This document shows positions 25,700-39,693 of a stretch of DNA of 64,000 bases, piece after piece. Numbering within the stretch: position 1 is the stretch's first letter; each line of letters opens with the position of its first letter. The position numbers were made by a program, and so were the translations under genes. Below the pieces are notes generated by a model. That model was given only the letters and a program-made list of their open reading frames with translations, did not search any database and was not told the DNA's origin. Where the stretch lies: positions 372,001 to 436,000 of the forward strand of contig NW_026933720.1 in NCBI RefSeq assembly GCF_032062105.1, in the 5' to 3' direction. Source of the stretch: Saccostrea cucullata (lineage: Eukaryota).

Positions 25700-26950
25700 A
25701 CATCACATCAGTATTCCTAATGGGCATATGATTGTCTCGCAGAATCCTGAACCTGCTTTTCACTATTCCAAAGGCTCACTCAACAGTTTGCCAAGCACTA
25801 GATAGTTTTCGTTAAACCGAATTGTTTGTGGTGATAAATTCCAATAACTTTTTATAGGGTATATGAGCCAGTTTTTCAATGGATAGGCATTATCTGCTGA
25901 AATGTGGTGGTTTTCCAAAAGAAATTTACCAGCTTTTGCTTTTCGATATAATTTCGAAGGACTCTGGTCGACGTCATGTGTGCATCCCGGTCATCCAATA
26001 TATGCACTAGTAATGAGGAGGTTGTGTACTACCACCTAAAAGTATATAACACATAAATATGTTAATATGGAAATGGCAATATTCTAATTGCTGCACAATC
26101 ATTCACTATCTTTTTTTTATTGACAACACCATCATACATTGGCATATAGTCATGAATACAACAATTAACATACATAAAATAAAATATCAAAGAAAGCATA
26201 TCAGTTTTGTTGAAGGTTTTCTTTCCTAATATCAAAGCACTTTTTTCAAAAAGTTACAATCAGATACAAGTGGGACTCACCAGGAATCAACTCCTTTTAA
26301 ATTATTTGACACAGGGATATGAAAGTTTTAATATTACGAAGTATATCTCATAATCTATACTTTCAGAAAGTACACGATTTCCAGCACATGTAATTTAGAA
26401 AAGTCAGGCACATGTGATGTGTGGATATAGAAAATGTATATGCATGTAAACAGTGCAACCTGAAGTTACATGAAAGAATGACCTTTGCGGTTGTAGTAAT
26501 CATTGTCCCGATTATGGACATGAGTAAAGCGTATGCGGGTGCCATCGATAAACCCAACCACTAAGGGATTCCTCCAGAATTCGTCACTGCTTCAGAAATC
26601 TGTTGCTGTGTAACTACCGAGGGCAAACATATAATCTACAAAATGAATAAACATGTTAAAGTTGTGTAGTTATTACATCCCTTCCCGAAAACAGATTGCG
26701 CTGTGTACTTTGCATGTCATACTTACACGTTTCTGTAGGTTTAGAAGGGCATCAGTAATGGATGGAATTATACCATACTGTAGAAATGAACATCCCATAC
26801 AATGTCCACAATTGCGCATAGAATGTTGATTTGTTACGTAATTGAGGAACACAAAAATTGACGATCTGGAGCAACTAGCGTTACTCCACCAACATAGCAA
26901 TGCATTAAATCAGCAGCAATTACCTCCTGAATGATCTCTGCCTGGTCACT
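25700..26950 (-). pseudogene. Decayed intron-containing Harbinger (HARBI1-like) transposase
   Basis: Fragments VVGFIDGTRI..YYNRKGHSF..LQ, G*PGCTHD, ADNAYPL, VE*AFGIVKSRFRIL with stops and frameshifts; probable element end near 29979. Confidence 0.75.
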
Positions 26951-28194
26951 CTATAAAGCACTTTAAAGTCATCGATATTTTGTAACAAAGTGATCCCGCC
27001 AGCAACTTGCATGTAATTTGTAATTTTTGGAACACTGTCTCTCGGAATACAACTTTGTGCAAATAAAATTGTATGAAGATTTTGTTGAAAAAGAAAGTTG
27101 TCATGACTTCATCAGTAAAGAGAAAATCTGAAGCGGCCACATGAAGCAATAAAAAGGGTTTCATGTTGTCTGTCATCCTTTTCTTAGGCCTCCAAACACC
27201 AAATTGATCCCTCTGGATCTTGTCTACTGACGCTTGCTTGTCTTGCTGCTGAACTGCTGCTGCTGCACCCATTCAAGTTTCTGAGATCCCCACATAGACG
27301 TTGTATTGAAGACTTGGGATGGCCATTGTGAGGGATTAGGATGCCATTGTATGATAAAAGAGATCACTCTCCTTGTTTGAGGAAAAGTCACGTCTAAATA
27401 TCTGTTGTTGCTGCTTCTCCTGCATGTCAATATAGCGGCTGACCAGTTGTTGTACATCAGTGTGGAAGCGGCTCCAAATAGTCTTTTTAATGCCTACCAC
27501 GGCTTGCTTAACCCACTCCATAAAGGCATCATGCTTATTCGGTTCAGGTGTATTCTTGATGCGACCCAGCAACTCTCGCTCCAAGTTAATAAGCTGTTCC
27601 TGGCTACTTGCCAGGTCTGCCAGATTTCATCATCGGAGGACCGGTTTTGCGATTGGGAGGCTCTTGAATACGTTGATGTTGAAGATACACCAGTGGAAGT
27701 GGATACCAAAGTACGGAGAACATTACCACTTTTTTCTACTTTGAATTGAGCCGTGAAGGGCTCCAGCTTCAACGGTCGAAGGTTAGTCATGCTCTTTCCC
27801 GGCTTCAGGATTTTCTTCTGCAGAATTTTCAAGGTCTCAAAGCTTGCAACTGCAAATTTTTTGAGGATTTCGGGGCATTTAAATTGTAACTGTGACAAGT
27901 TCGAAGTCTCAAAATGAACATTACATATTACATCACCCTTAACATGTAATTGACAGGTGATGCTTGGTGAATTTTTAGCGCTGATGCCTGATACGTCTTG
28001 GTATGATCGGCGCAAGGTCATTGTAGGTCTTCTTAGGATCGTCATCAGGAACGTAGAGAGATTGCAGTGGGAAATTAGTGAGAACGTAATGAGAGCTATG
28101 TAGGAGCGTACTTGATAAGTTGCCGACTATACTGTACTACGCTTTCACTGCACTTTTACTGCCGGTCACAAAGATCTCTTCACGATGCTTCCGA

Positions 28195-28462
28195 TGTATG
28201 AATACTTTTAATGTGTTTATATGGTTTTATAGGCCTTTTCTTAAACAATTTTTGATGCAAAAAAAGATCATGAATTTAGGTTTCGTAGTTTTTGTATATT
28301 TTTTTTTCAATAATGCAAAAATTTTCATAATTTGATATCTTACAAAATCCCTTGAATGCATGCTGATATTTTGTCTATGAACATCTGATGGCACTATAAT
28401 CTTAAATTAAGAATATCTTGAAAAATTATCAATAGGTAAGGTAGCTTGCCGTATGTCTTTAA
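28195..28462. mobile_element. Diverged partial copy of the Kolobok-like MITE at 48465-48802
   Basis: Collinear similarity ending gaatatcttgaaaaattatc...ggtaaggtag.ttg..gtatgtc.ttaa. Confidence 0.6.
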
Positions 28463-30514
28463 CTCTGATTTTTCTTGGCCAAGATACTGCTACGCTTGTG
28501 TGGAGCATGTTCAAAATAAGCATGGCGAGATCGTAGAGCTCTCCGATCATGAAGAACCCACTGCGATCATACTACGCTTCTGAAGAAGCCACTACTTTTT
28601 TCCTGCACGATCGGCCACGTTTTCGGCCACACTTTGATCATAGTTAAAAGTGGTGTCTTGTGAACGGGGGGTTAGGAGTTGATCTTTTCTTCGCGAAATT
28701 AAATTCACTGAAGGAGGTTGAAACCGGTTCTTCGGATGCTCAGTGGATCTAATTATTAAATATAAATCTGCAACCCTTCACCCAGAGAATATAAAACTCT
28801 ATCTGGACGTTTTTGTTGGCACTGCCAACTATTTGGAATTTGTTCAGCACCTGAGATTTACCAATATATCTTGAAAGTAAACTTACTTCGTGTTCTGATA
28901 ATATCCTTATCCTTACACGGAAGGAGGTAGGGAAGAGAATCAACTTCGTCTGTCCTACTTGTCTTCTTTTAGTTGCTCTCCTTAAAACATTTACATGTAT
29001 AAGCCTCAACTCCTATTTAATACAATGTCTTTCCTTCAACCTCATTCTCATTCATTATGATACACTTGGTGGGACAAAATTACTTGTTAAACGTTCTGCC
29101 TCTGTTTTATCCGGAAAAAAGTAACTGATGATAATCAATACATTGGAAAGTGAAATTAATTCAAATGTACATTCAGTACATAAAAATGAACAAAAAACAG
29201 TCGAAACAGTTGGTGGATTAATGCCAGCACAGCACTGAGTCGTATAGGATGACATTACACCACGACTGAAATTAAGATTTGGCTGTTGTATTTGAAATGA
29301 AACGATTCAGTACACACACTATACAAAGCAAGATGATCATTGAAAGCTAATACCTTGAAAATGTTCAAAAGAAACCACTTGCCTCACTTCAAAGAAGTTT
29401 ACAACGCATGTTTTTTTCCGGCAAGGTTCCAGGAATTCATACCTGTATTTAGGTTACAAAATTTTCAGAGTACACGTAATTGTTTGGTTTATAATTTGAA
29501 CACAAAATTTTGCAAGTATTATAATACTTTTGTATTATAATGCTTTCCTGTACTTACACTTACGCTGATGCATATCTTAAAAAATTATAAATAAACTACG
29601 TGTTTTCCAACGCCATATTTCTCTCTCTGTCAAAGTAATAAAAATGGAGGATGAGGCTCTGATAGCAGTGTTTATCATCGTACTATGCATTGATACAAAA
29701 AGCAAAACTTTACTTGTGAAGACGACCATTTTTATTTAACATGTGTTTTTTTTTTTAGCAATGATAAAATAGGATGACCTCTAGTTTCATTACATTTCAT
29801 TGGTTGAAAGTGATAGGTAAGTTAAGACTTGTATTAGGAAATAGAGCATTGCTCTATTCTTAATACAGCTTTATAAGATTCGAAAAATCTTATGATACAC
29901 TGTAATAAGAGTGTATACACAGAAGATTTTGTATTATAATACAAATCTTATAATATAAATCTTACCGTGTATACCGGCCTTTAGATACAACTAATTACGA
30001 TTATTTTCTCCTTCACTCTGTTCATCCGCAAATAAAACATTTCTTTTCTGAACCATAATTGAAAAGAGACTAAATTCAGAAAAAAACAAAACATTTATTA
30101 GTTATAAGTTGTATACACAGCTGAATACAAAATATTTCACTGTTTTTTCCTTTATATAATGTACAATTTAAAGTTTTGTAAACAGAAGCAGACGAATTGA
30201 AATCTTATTTTATATTTAAGATTTAATGAATATATTCTTTAATTTTACTTATAATGTACAATTCTGAAATTATTATCATTCTGAAAATATGGCGTAAATC
30301 ACAGCTTATGACTTCGTTATTACCGATAAAAAGTTATCAAAATAACCAGTATATTATTTTACATTGTACTTCTTAGCTGAACTCGAATGAATAGAATACG
30401 CAAACAGCTGTTTTAATACCCAAGACATTTTTCACATAATAAAGCGCATATCATGCTTACAAGAAAACATATCGAACACTCTACACATTAAATAGTTCGC
30501 TTACCAAAAGAATT

Positions 30515-30757
30515 AAAATATAGCTTGCCAGTGGAGAGTATATTATTTTACAAATCTTGCCACCACTTTCTATATACTGGGTACTCGGGTTATTAAGCGG
30601 TGAGGGATCTTTTTTGTGCCAGCACCTACTGCGACACGGGACCCCTGTTTATACGGTCTTTTCTGAAGGACCGGCCTCCACGTCCCACAGTCGAACCAGC
30701 GACGTAAGGATCAACTCCTTACTTCGAGCAGACGCTCTAACCACTTTGCCACGTTTT
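30515..30757 (-). mobile_element. tRNA-derived SINE copy
   Basis: Homologous to 45205-45485 in reverse orientation (tggcaaagtggttagagcg head). Confidence 0.7.
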
Positions 30758-31242
30758 TGAATATATAAATATGGTGGACTACTTACCTATCAAGCAAGCA
30801 AGAATGTTGAAGATGAAGCAGTGCCAGTGACAAAATACATGATTGACTCAAGCAGACCTGTCTGGAAAGAAGGCTTAAGAAGAAGAAACAGATGACACCG
30901 AAAGACATGCACCTACATGTTTGACAAATTATCTGTCCTTGATGGTTTTGTATACGGTGATACTGGCATTGCGATTGCGTCATACCACTGTAAAACTTAA
31001 ATCGACACAACAAATTTACAAAAACCCATCCAAGTGCACAAATTATTAACCCGCCTTCGGTCTATTGTAAGACTGGACCTCTTCTCTTTCCACCTTTTAA
31101 ACGCAATAAATAGTAAAATCTAGAATTACTGGGTAAAACTTTTTTGATCTTGGTTGATATATCTCACTTAGTGTATAACTACATGTAAGTGTATAAGCTT
31201 ACTTGCAGTCCTTTCTGGTTTGAAAGGAAATAAATGACAAGA

Positions 31243-31537
31243 TGGTTGATTGATTGATTGTATGTTGTTTAACGTCCCTGTAGAGAATTTTTCTCTGATA
31301 TGGAGACGCCACGTTTTGCCGGAGGAGAGCCGTAAATTTTGTCCTTTAATCGACACTTACGGCCATTTAGCAGTGATGGGGCTTTTTTCGTGCCAGCACC
31401 TATACTATGACACGGGACCTCGGTTTATACGGTTTCATCTGAAGGACAGGCCTCCGCGTCCAACAGTTGGACAATTTTGAACTCCTTACTTTAAGACTTT
31501 TGAGCAGAAGCACGAACCACTGTGCAACGCGGGCGAC
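31243..31537 (-). mobile_element. tRNA-derived SINE copy
   Basis: Same core plus an (attg)n tail at ~31245-31260. Confidence 0.7.
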
Positions 31538-32296
31538 GGACAAGAGGGAGAAAAATCTATTTTAATGAGTATTTAATTATAGCTCCACTAATTCCCCCTT
31601 TATTTGACTACACTATAGAAATGTCATTCCCAGTTATAGATTAAAGAGCAGATTATTCACTACTACCTAGAATACAAGGAAATCAGACCTTATGGGTGTG
31701 CATGAAGGGTTCTTAATACAAACTTGAGACAGCGTCGCTTCTACAAGGTTAATAAAGTGATTAACATTCATGAAATGTGTGATATATACAGTCATTTATT
31801 TCTGTCAACATATTAACAATATATACATTTTTAACAACAGTTAACATACGTTTTTTTAAAAAGCAAGTCAATGTTACCTATAAAGAAATTAAGCTTTTGT
31901 GTTCATTTAAATATAAAACAGACTGGTTATACTATTTTATTTTTCAAAAGCGTTCATTTCAGGAACGATCTTATACTAGTACTACACTTATTGGTGTAAC
32001 TGTGAAAATATAAAATGTCACAAAGTTTAAACAACATAAACATTTAATACTATGCCACATTATAAGCATTATAGCCGAAGAGAGGTACAAATATAATAGT
32101 AGTGAGGGTTGAATAGTGAACATTTCAGCACCAGGATCAAATTATGTCAAGAAGTGGACAAAAGATTTTCAAATAAGTAATTTAACAAGAAACACCATTC
32201 AAAACAACAATGTATAAAGTATATAATAAATATTGGACGGAATCAAGAACAAGACTAGTTGTTTTGTCACGGGGTCCGTTCGATGTTATTTTCCCG

Positions 32297-35200
32297 CTAC
32301 ACCATTTTGGCGGCTCCGGATAAACTCTTTCCGTCCTCGCCTCCTTGCTTTATAATTACAATGGACCCAATAAATGCAACAAGCTGGAAGACAAAGAGTA
32401 ATTTGAATGCGTTAATTTAAGTTCAAGAAATACTTGGTGTAAAAATTGATAAATCCACTATTTTCTGAAATTTGTTTATCAACGTTTTAATCGGTATTTA
32501 GAAGCGCCTAGAACTGTCGGTTCTAAAAATTATGTTTATGGAATTATTCAGTGCAGTTTTTGATGCCATCACCTATGACGTATTATCCAATAAAATATAT
32601 TGAATATGAATAATTGAAATTTAATATGGATAAAATCTGTACAACACTTCTCTTGGATAAATTATAAAGTTGTAATATTTTTTGTGATAGGCACGCATTA
32701 TAATAGAAACTGAAGAGTGCCAACAACCAATTTTATTAATACGATGTCTTGTGATTAGATCGCTGACCATATCTGTAGATAGTGCTCTTTATATAATAAC
32801 TGTAAAACCAGAACATAAATATAAAATACTTAAGTCTACGAGTGACAATGAGCAAACTATTCCCTAATGCACTTGGAATTGTGTGTCTGGACAATTTCAG
32901 CTAAAAGATAATACACAATGTAAATTCTAATTTATTAAAGATGAATCTAGTTTACAAAAGTGACATTGGGACAGGAAAATGAATGAGAAGGCAAAGTAAA
33001 ATAATTTGCTTTTTTTTTAAATAATAAAAATCACTATGCATTGTACATGCTTTAGTCCCTTTGCAACTTTTCAATCCTCTTTGACAACCGGGAAAACCTC
33101 GGAATTTTTTTTCATTTGAAGAACAAAAACCCAAACGAAATGTCTAGTTGAGCCTCAATTGTCGTCAACTAGCAGTCATTCAGTCGTCAACTGAGAACTT
33201 GGAAACAATTGACTTCTAGGAAAAGAATGCTCTTCTGTAAAATGTCAACCATTTTTACCTAAAATGATCAGTTGACTATCAAGTGACTGCTAACTTCTTC
33301 AAAAATTTATGCAAGAAAAGATTTGTCCATTGTTGAACTCTCCAACTTTGTTAAATCTTGCAGACTTGACTCTAGTTGATCAGTCAGTGTTAGAAAATCT
33401 CGCTGACTCTATTTACATGTATATATGTTGGGTTTGAAATGACAGTATTATGGATTAGGTTTGCAATTCATAATTCTTTCAACAAGCTACATTTGAATTA
33501 AGTAACATTTTATAGTATGTGTTCTGTTTGAAAGAATGTGAAGAAGTTTGAATTCGAAAAAAAAAAATATTATGACTGATTCAGCTTTAGCAATGTATGT
33601 AAGTAGAAAATTTAATGACTTTTCTTATTATAAGAAATATGACTCGCGCCGGGGTCACATGATTCGTGGATGGGCAGAACGGTGCATTAAAATCGAAGAT
33701 GACTACTTTAGTTTAGATATAAAATGGAAGTATTAAAAATACAATTCGCTCGCGAAATATTTTATTACACCTCGTACGTATACATGCAATACTTTTAATT
33801 ATAAATACATCTCATGTATATCTGAAGAATGCATTCGAAGTTTTTCCCCCGTAGTTTGTCAAAGAGGTTAAAAAGTTTTCCTCATCCAACGTGCAGACAA
33901 TGACCATGACCACATAATACCTATTTGGTCTGCTCCTTTTGTTCTTCAGCACGTGACTGACCTACTTTGTAGATCAGAATAATTCCCGCCAAAATCGACA
34001 ACAACTACAAGTCACATACATAAAACTTGCTCTTCAGATTGAGATCATAAAGTTCTACATATACCTGTATACCTACTTTTATTTATAATTACGTCTTTAG
34101 CATATAAAGTAAGTGATAAAGAACGCATGTATAAACATTTGTTTCTTTCTTATGATCCAAGTTTTCAAACATTGTTTTTATTTTCTGCTAATCTCAGCCT
34201 TCTGACTGTTTTGTCGATTAGATATATTAGGTGTATCTTTAAGAAATGAAAGCTGATGGGTTTTTTGTCTCCGAAATGCCCATGCTTACCTCTACCAGTA
34301 AAATACAGATTCCAGTTGCCATGAATACCGTACTGTATGTGTCCAGTAAACTATAGGTGGCGTCATAACAACCCTGAAAATATCGAACCAAATAAATACA
34401 CACCAGTCTGTTTTGTCTCATTTCTTTTGCCCTATACATGTACATCATAGATGGTGTCTGTATTAGCTGATAATGTACAAAGTTTTACGGCATGCTTATG
34501 CTTTTCAGACAAGTCCCTCCAAGGAAAATGATATCTTAAAGGTGTATAACAAAACGTTTATCCTTTGGTTGTGAGTTGTATATTTCTTTGATCAAGAACC
34601 AAACTCCAAAGCTTGCCCGAAAGGAAGTAATTTCTGTTAAATGTTCGCTCATGGTGGAATTCATATGCTAGTACATGTATTGCTCAATGGTTTAACTTAG
34701 GTTATTTTATTTAATTTTGTATTACCTTGGTGTAATAACCTGATGCGACAGTGTCCGTGCACGCACTGTTGGAGTAGGTGGCGTAATTTGAGGCGGTGAC
34801 CCCTGAACAACAGAATGTTGGAATTTCCTTACTTCCGGCACTTCCAATCCATACCGAGTTGTCAAAGTCATTTGTCGTTCCGGTTACTGCATTGACGCCA
34901 CAACAGGAGAGCTGTAGTGATATGTATATTTTGTTCACAACATGTACTAAGGAAGAGATAATTCAAAGGGAGATGATAGAGAGGACACTTACAGTCATAA
35001 ACATATAGTTCCATGCCGTAGAGATTTCCTCTGAAGTCAGATCGTTATATTTATAGTTCGTCTCGAGTTGGCTAAGCAGTTCTGTTTTCATCCAACTCTG
35101 GATCTGAATACAAGAGAAAAATATTTTTGAACACTTTAAAAACTGCATCTTAGACTATTCTTTGTATATGTTTTATATGTAAGAGCGAAATTTACCTTAT

Positions 35201-36115
35201 CGTTCATGACAAACCACAATATGACAACCACCAGCTTAGCCAGGAAGAACACCAAAACGAGAGCGGCATACTAAAAAAAACAATGTCCTTCTACTTTTGT
35301 AATGATGTACTAAACACTTGAAGGAAAAAAAAACTACTCTCAGCACATAGGTAGCCAGAAGTTGTAATATGAACGCAATGAAAACTACTCACAACGACGA
35401 GGCACAGTCTTTGTTGACACATTGCACCACAGCAACCCAGCATCGACACGATGAGGACGAATGAACCAAAGATTATCAGGGTCAAGGACAGACCCTTGGC
35501 AAGGTCACCCACATTTAGCGCACCGAATGACAACTGCTTCAGCAAGGGGAGTATGTTATCATTGATGACGTCAACATCAACCAACATAAGAATTCCTGGT
35601 ATTAGGATGCCGAGTCCGAGCAACTATAAAAGTATCACGTGATTTATTATTTTGTGAGGGTTATGGCAATAAAGGTGCTTGTACTAGTCTTGTTAGTAAA
35701 ATACCCTACTTATATGAAGCGACAACTTCAAAATGCTGTTTTTTTTCTATTCAATAGAGAATGAAGAATTGGGATCATAACCGATAAAGAGGTTTAGAGG
35801 ATATCAAATATAAACATGATCATCCGTGTAATTAACTGACGTCTGTCAATGAATTTGAATTTTACTTCTTTCTTTGTGGATTTCATATGAAGATATTTGA
35901 AAATAGCAATCAAACGACTCTTGTGTCCTAATTATACATATATTAATGTTCATGTATTAAAGGTATATTTTATTTATATTTATCGTACACAATCCTGTTC
36001 AAACTTAATCCCATTGAAATGTTGTATCAACAAAGTAAACATACAGTACCATAAAGATCGTGTTGACAACAATCAGGAACAACTTCATACATTTTCCTCC
36101 GCAAGATAACGCCAT
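32297..36115 (-). CDS. Tetraspanin paralog D. Exons 36115-36050, 35623-35393, 35270-35196, 35103-34993, 34911-34726, 34373-34290, then final coding exon 32383-32297 (or alternative 34004-33921)
   Basis: Starts MALSCGGKCMKLFLIVVNTIFM; close paralog of C; EC2 LSCCGV...PTFCC...GCY; distal last exon LVAFIGSIVIIKQGGEDGKSLSGAAKMV*. Confidence 0.93.
33921..34004 (-). CDS. Candidate alternative final coding exon of tetraspanin D
   Basis: ttgtag acceptor, phase 0, encodes LLSILAGIILIYKVGQSRAEEQKEQTK* (hydrophobic TM4 half plus tail); the stop TAG is followed directly by a GT donor-like site. Confidence 0.65.
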   Translation of the reverse strand: MLSILAGIILIYKVGQSRAEEQKEQTK

Positions 36116-38492
36116 CTTGGATACCTGTACTTGAATAATTATATACGTCAAAGGTCATTACTAAGAAACATAGCAGTAAAATGTTATATATAAATTACTC
36201 ATAAAATTCGATCTGTAGTACAACCAAGATCACGTCGTTATATGAATGTATTCAGTGCCACTCGTCACCACAAAAAAACCCATTAAAATAGTTAATTTTA
36301 AACGAAATTCATAATTGGCAATACTACAGTATACTGAAGCTCAACTGACCTCTAGATAGTGTTGAAAAATCCGTATATCTTTGATATTTTCCTTTATTTT
36401 GAGTTTTTACTTTCCTGAAAATGGCCTTTTCCTTCAAACGACCGTCAGTCAAGGTTGACAAAAACAGTTTAAATCAGTGAATAAAACTCTTTACAAAGGG
36501 GGTCAATTACCAGGTGATTACAAGAACTGACCGATAACAGCTCTGTCTCGATCGTTAGAACGGGAATCTCTCCACTCAATAATGCAACGATATCGATCAA
36601 TTTAAATATTTATCCATTGGTGAAGGAAACTGCGCATACACCAATACACCGACACATCAATATTTAATCCTAAAGCTATTTCTGACCAGAACTTTGTTTG
36701 TGATATATGTTGAGATTTTCAAATTAAACACAGATTAATTCACTGTTCGAGCGTGTATGAAAATGAATTAATCTCTTATAATCTAAAAATCATGATCCCT
36801 TATACATGTAATGACGCATATTAAGCACGTTGTGATAAAAAAACAACGTACATGTACCTTAAACAATTGTACCTGGGGATCGCGGTACAGAGAAATTGTT
36901 TTTCTAACATAGGTAGGTACTTCACAGTGGCGGATTCAGAGGGGGGGGGGGGGTTACGAGGATTTGCAAAAAAAAAAAAGAAGAAAGTCCCAAATTTTTT
37001 GTTTGTGTTTTTACTATAGAAAAATGTTCAGTGAAAGGCTAAAGTTGTAATATTTAAAAAAAATTCGGATGTGAATACAAAATGAAACCCTACCCCCTTT
37101 ACAGAATAGGATTTTCGGGTTCGGAGATATATTTTCCTTTCTTTTTCAAAAACTTTTCAGATAATCCATTCAAGTACTTTTTACTAGGATGATCAACCTC
37201 CCACTTAAAAAAAACCATACTCCACCCGGTATCCTATTGAGTTATTTAACTAAATGTATGTTATAATAACTCTTTTCCCCTTAACCCCCCCCCCCCCCCC
37301 CCCAACCCCCATTGAAAAATTTCTAGATCCGCGCCTGCTTCATTCGAGACGCTGAAAAATAAAGAAGGGAATAAATTGAGTGTGTCAATTTGAAACTTTT
37401 TTTTCACGATTTTTGTTTCTGATATTCTTGATCACCCAGTTTAGACTTACAATCTTTAATTTTTATAACATTCACATAAAAGACTGATAATATTTTTTTC
37501 TTTGATTTTCTCGAATGATTTTTAGAAAGTTCCCATAAAGCCGAAAAAAAAGGTTCGCCAAATACGGATAACTAAGTAATAAGTTCACTGTTTGTTCGAT
37601 TGCTAAACATTTAAAGACAGTGTTGTTGAACAACTATATAGTAGTGTTGTAAACAAGAGGATTAATTAATCCTGTTAGAGATAATTCATTGGACGTTCGG
37701 AGGAAAAGCAAGGAGACGTTTGTTCGTATATTTGTAAATTCTAATAATCTCAGATCCACTCACATGACCCCGTATCGTGAACCAAAACAAGCAACTTAAA
37801 TATTTACAGTGCAAGTGGACTTATGAAGAGTCAAATTAAAAAAAAAATCCTAATTATTCAGAGATATATCTTGCTTTAAATAAATCAAATTGATTAGGAT
37901 ATAAATTTTACTTTACACGAACTAAGCGTCAACCTACAAATAACCCCAACGGAATTGTGATATAGCTAGGGATACTCGTATGTAAATATAAAATATGTAT
38001 ATTATTTTATTGAGATAAATAACTTAAAAAATCCCCCACAAGTTTGTATTCACATGTACAGTCCCTTATGGATAGCGATACAAGGTACTTTCAGTTGACC
38101 AACAAAGATTCTGAAAATGCATGTCTTTTCTTTATATTTCATTATATACATGTATATTCTGGTTATAAAAATGTCAGCATTAACAGTCGAACATTGCAAA
38201 ACATTATTCTAAATCTAAGAACATTTATTCTAATAACTAACTAAATAAAAAGAAACACTAAGCATAATGTGAAGATACTTTATTATACAAATACATATAT
38301 TACACTATACATACAATAGCTGAACATCTATACGCTATTACAGCTTTAAAAATTGTTCTCACCTTAATAAGGTTACAACTTTTAACAGTATAGTTAAACA
38401 TAGATATAAAAAGAAGCTTGTTTAAATACGTACATTCTATGTTTGGAATATCTTTCAATATCTTTTGAAATATATACATGTATCTCAAGTGG

Positions 38493-38523
<31 letters not shown>

Positions 38524-38742
38524 CAATAATCAGTATATTCTTTAGGACTGTAACAATCAGATATCCAGAACGAAGCAGAGAAGGATGAAGAGACGAGAAT
38601 GAAGTATGAAATGCCATCGAAGAGAAATGGTCAGGAATAAACAGTCAGGAATACTGTAGTAAAGGACAGCTAAGATATAGAAGTGACTAGTCACCTTAAC
38701 AAGGTTACAACCCACAAGGTATAGTTAAACATAGATAGAAAA

Positions 38743-39192
38743 GAGGATAAAGCCAGACGGAAGTCATGACGAAATATATACTGACTTGTCACGGGGAGAG
38801 TTGAGCCCCACAGAGCGAGGACAGAGAAAACCAGATAAAGCCAGACGGAAGTCATGACGAACTGACTGAAGTCACGAGGAGAAGTATGAAAGCCCCACAG
38901 AGAGAGGACAGGAAAACCAGGAATAAAGCCAAAGGAAGTCATGACGAACTGACTTGTCACGGGGAGAGTTAGCCCCACAGAGCGAGGACAGAGAAAACCA
39001 GGATAAAGCCAGACGGAAGTCATGACGAACTGACTTGTCACGGGGAGAGTTAGCCCCACAGAGCGAGGACAGAGAAAACCAGGATAAAGCCAGACGGAAG
39101 TCATGACGAACTGACTTGTCACGGGAAGAGTTAGCCCCACAGAGAGAGGACAGAGAAAACCAGGATAAAGCCAGACGGAAGTCATGACGAAC
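38743..39192. repeat. 81-bp minisatellite, about 5.5 copies
   Basis: Unit ggataaagccagacggaagtcatgacgaactgacttgtcacggggagagttagccccacagagcgaggacagagaaaacca (39001 to 39082). Confidence 0.92.
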
Positions 39193-39693
39193 TCAAGTGT
39201 TTAATTCTTTGTTGGACAACTATGTGGGTGGTTCCGGTTTGTCACAAAAGTCATCAATGGTGTAAAAGTATACCCTAGTTCCGTAAAACATTTGTGACAT
39301 CACATTCAGATACTATTACACATGTATTTGAAGATTTTCGGTAATGTTTAAAGGTTGCCAATAACAACAAAAGTACTGTTTGACTGTACTTAATGAATGG
39401 TCACTTCGTCGTGTCACGTGATCAATGGATTCATGACTTCTGATTTCAAAATGATGTAAACAAATCCATTACATTTGCCCTTGTCGAGAATTTGATGGCA
39501 TGGTCAAGATAAAATTGCTTGTTTAATACGTGGGGTGGGGGCTTTTCTATATAATGTTTATAAACAATTTCGGTTCAATTCTCAGCAGATTAAATAGCGG
39601 TAGATAGGAAGAGAATGCATTATAAGTGCCGGGACGTATTCACAGCAAAATTGTCGTGTTAATCAAAGGAATATTTCACTAAAATACTCAATT

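Noticed and set aside
27405-28045. ORFs of 114 and 183 aa as host genes
   Set aside because: They overlap decayed transposon sequence and have no coherent domain or exon structure.
38691-39185. 164-aa repeat protein
   Set aside because: The ORF is explained by an 81-bp tandem repeat; no domain or splice context supports it.
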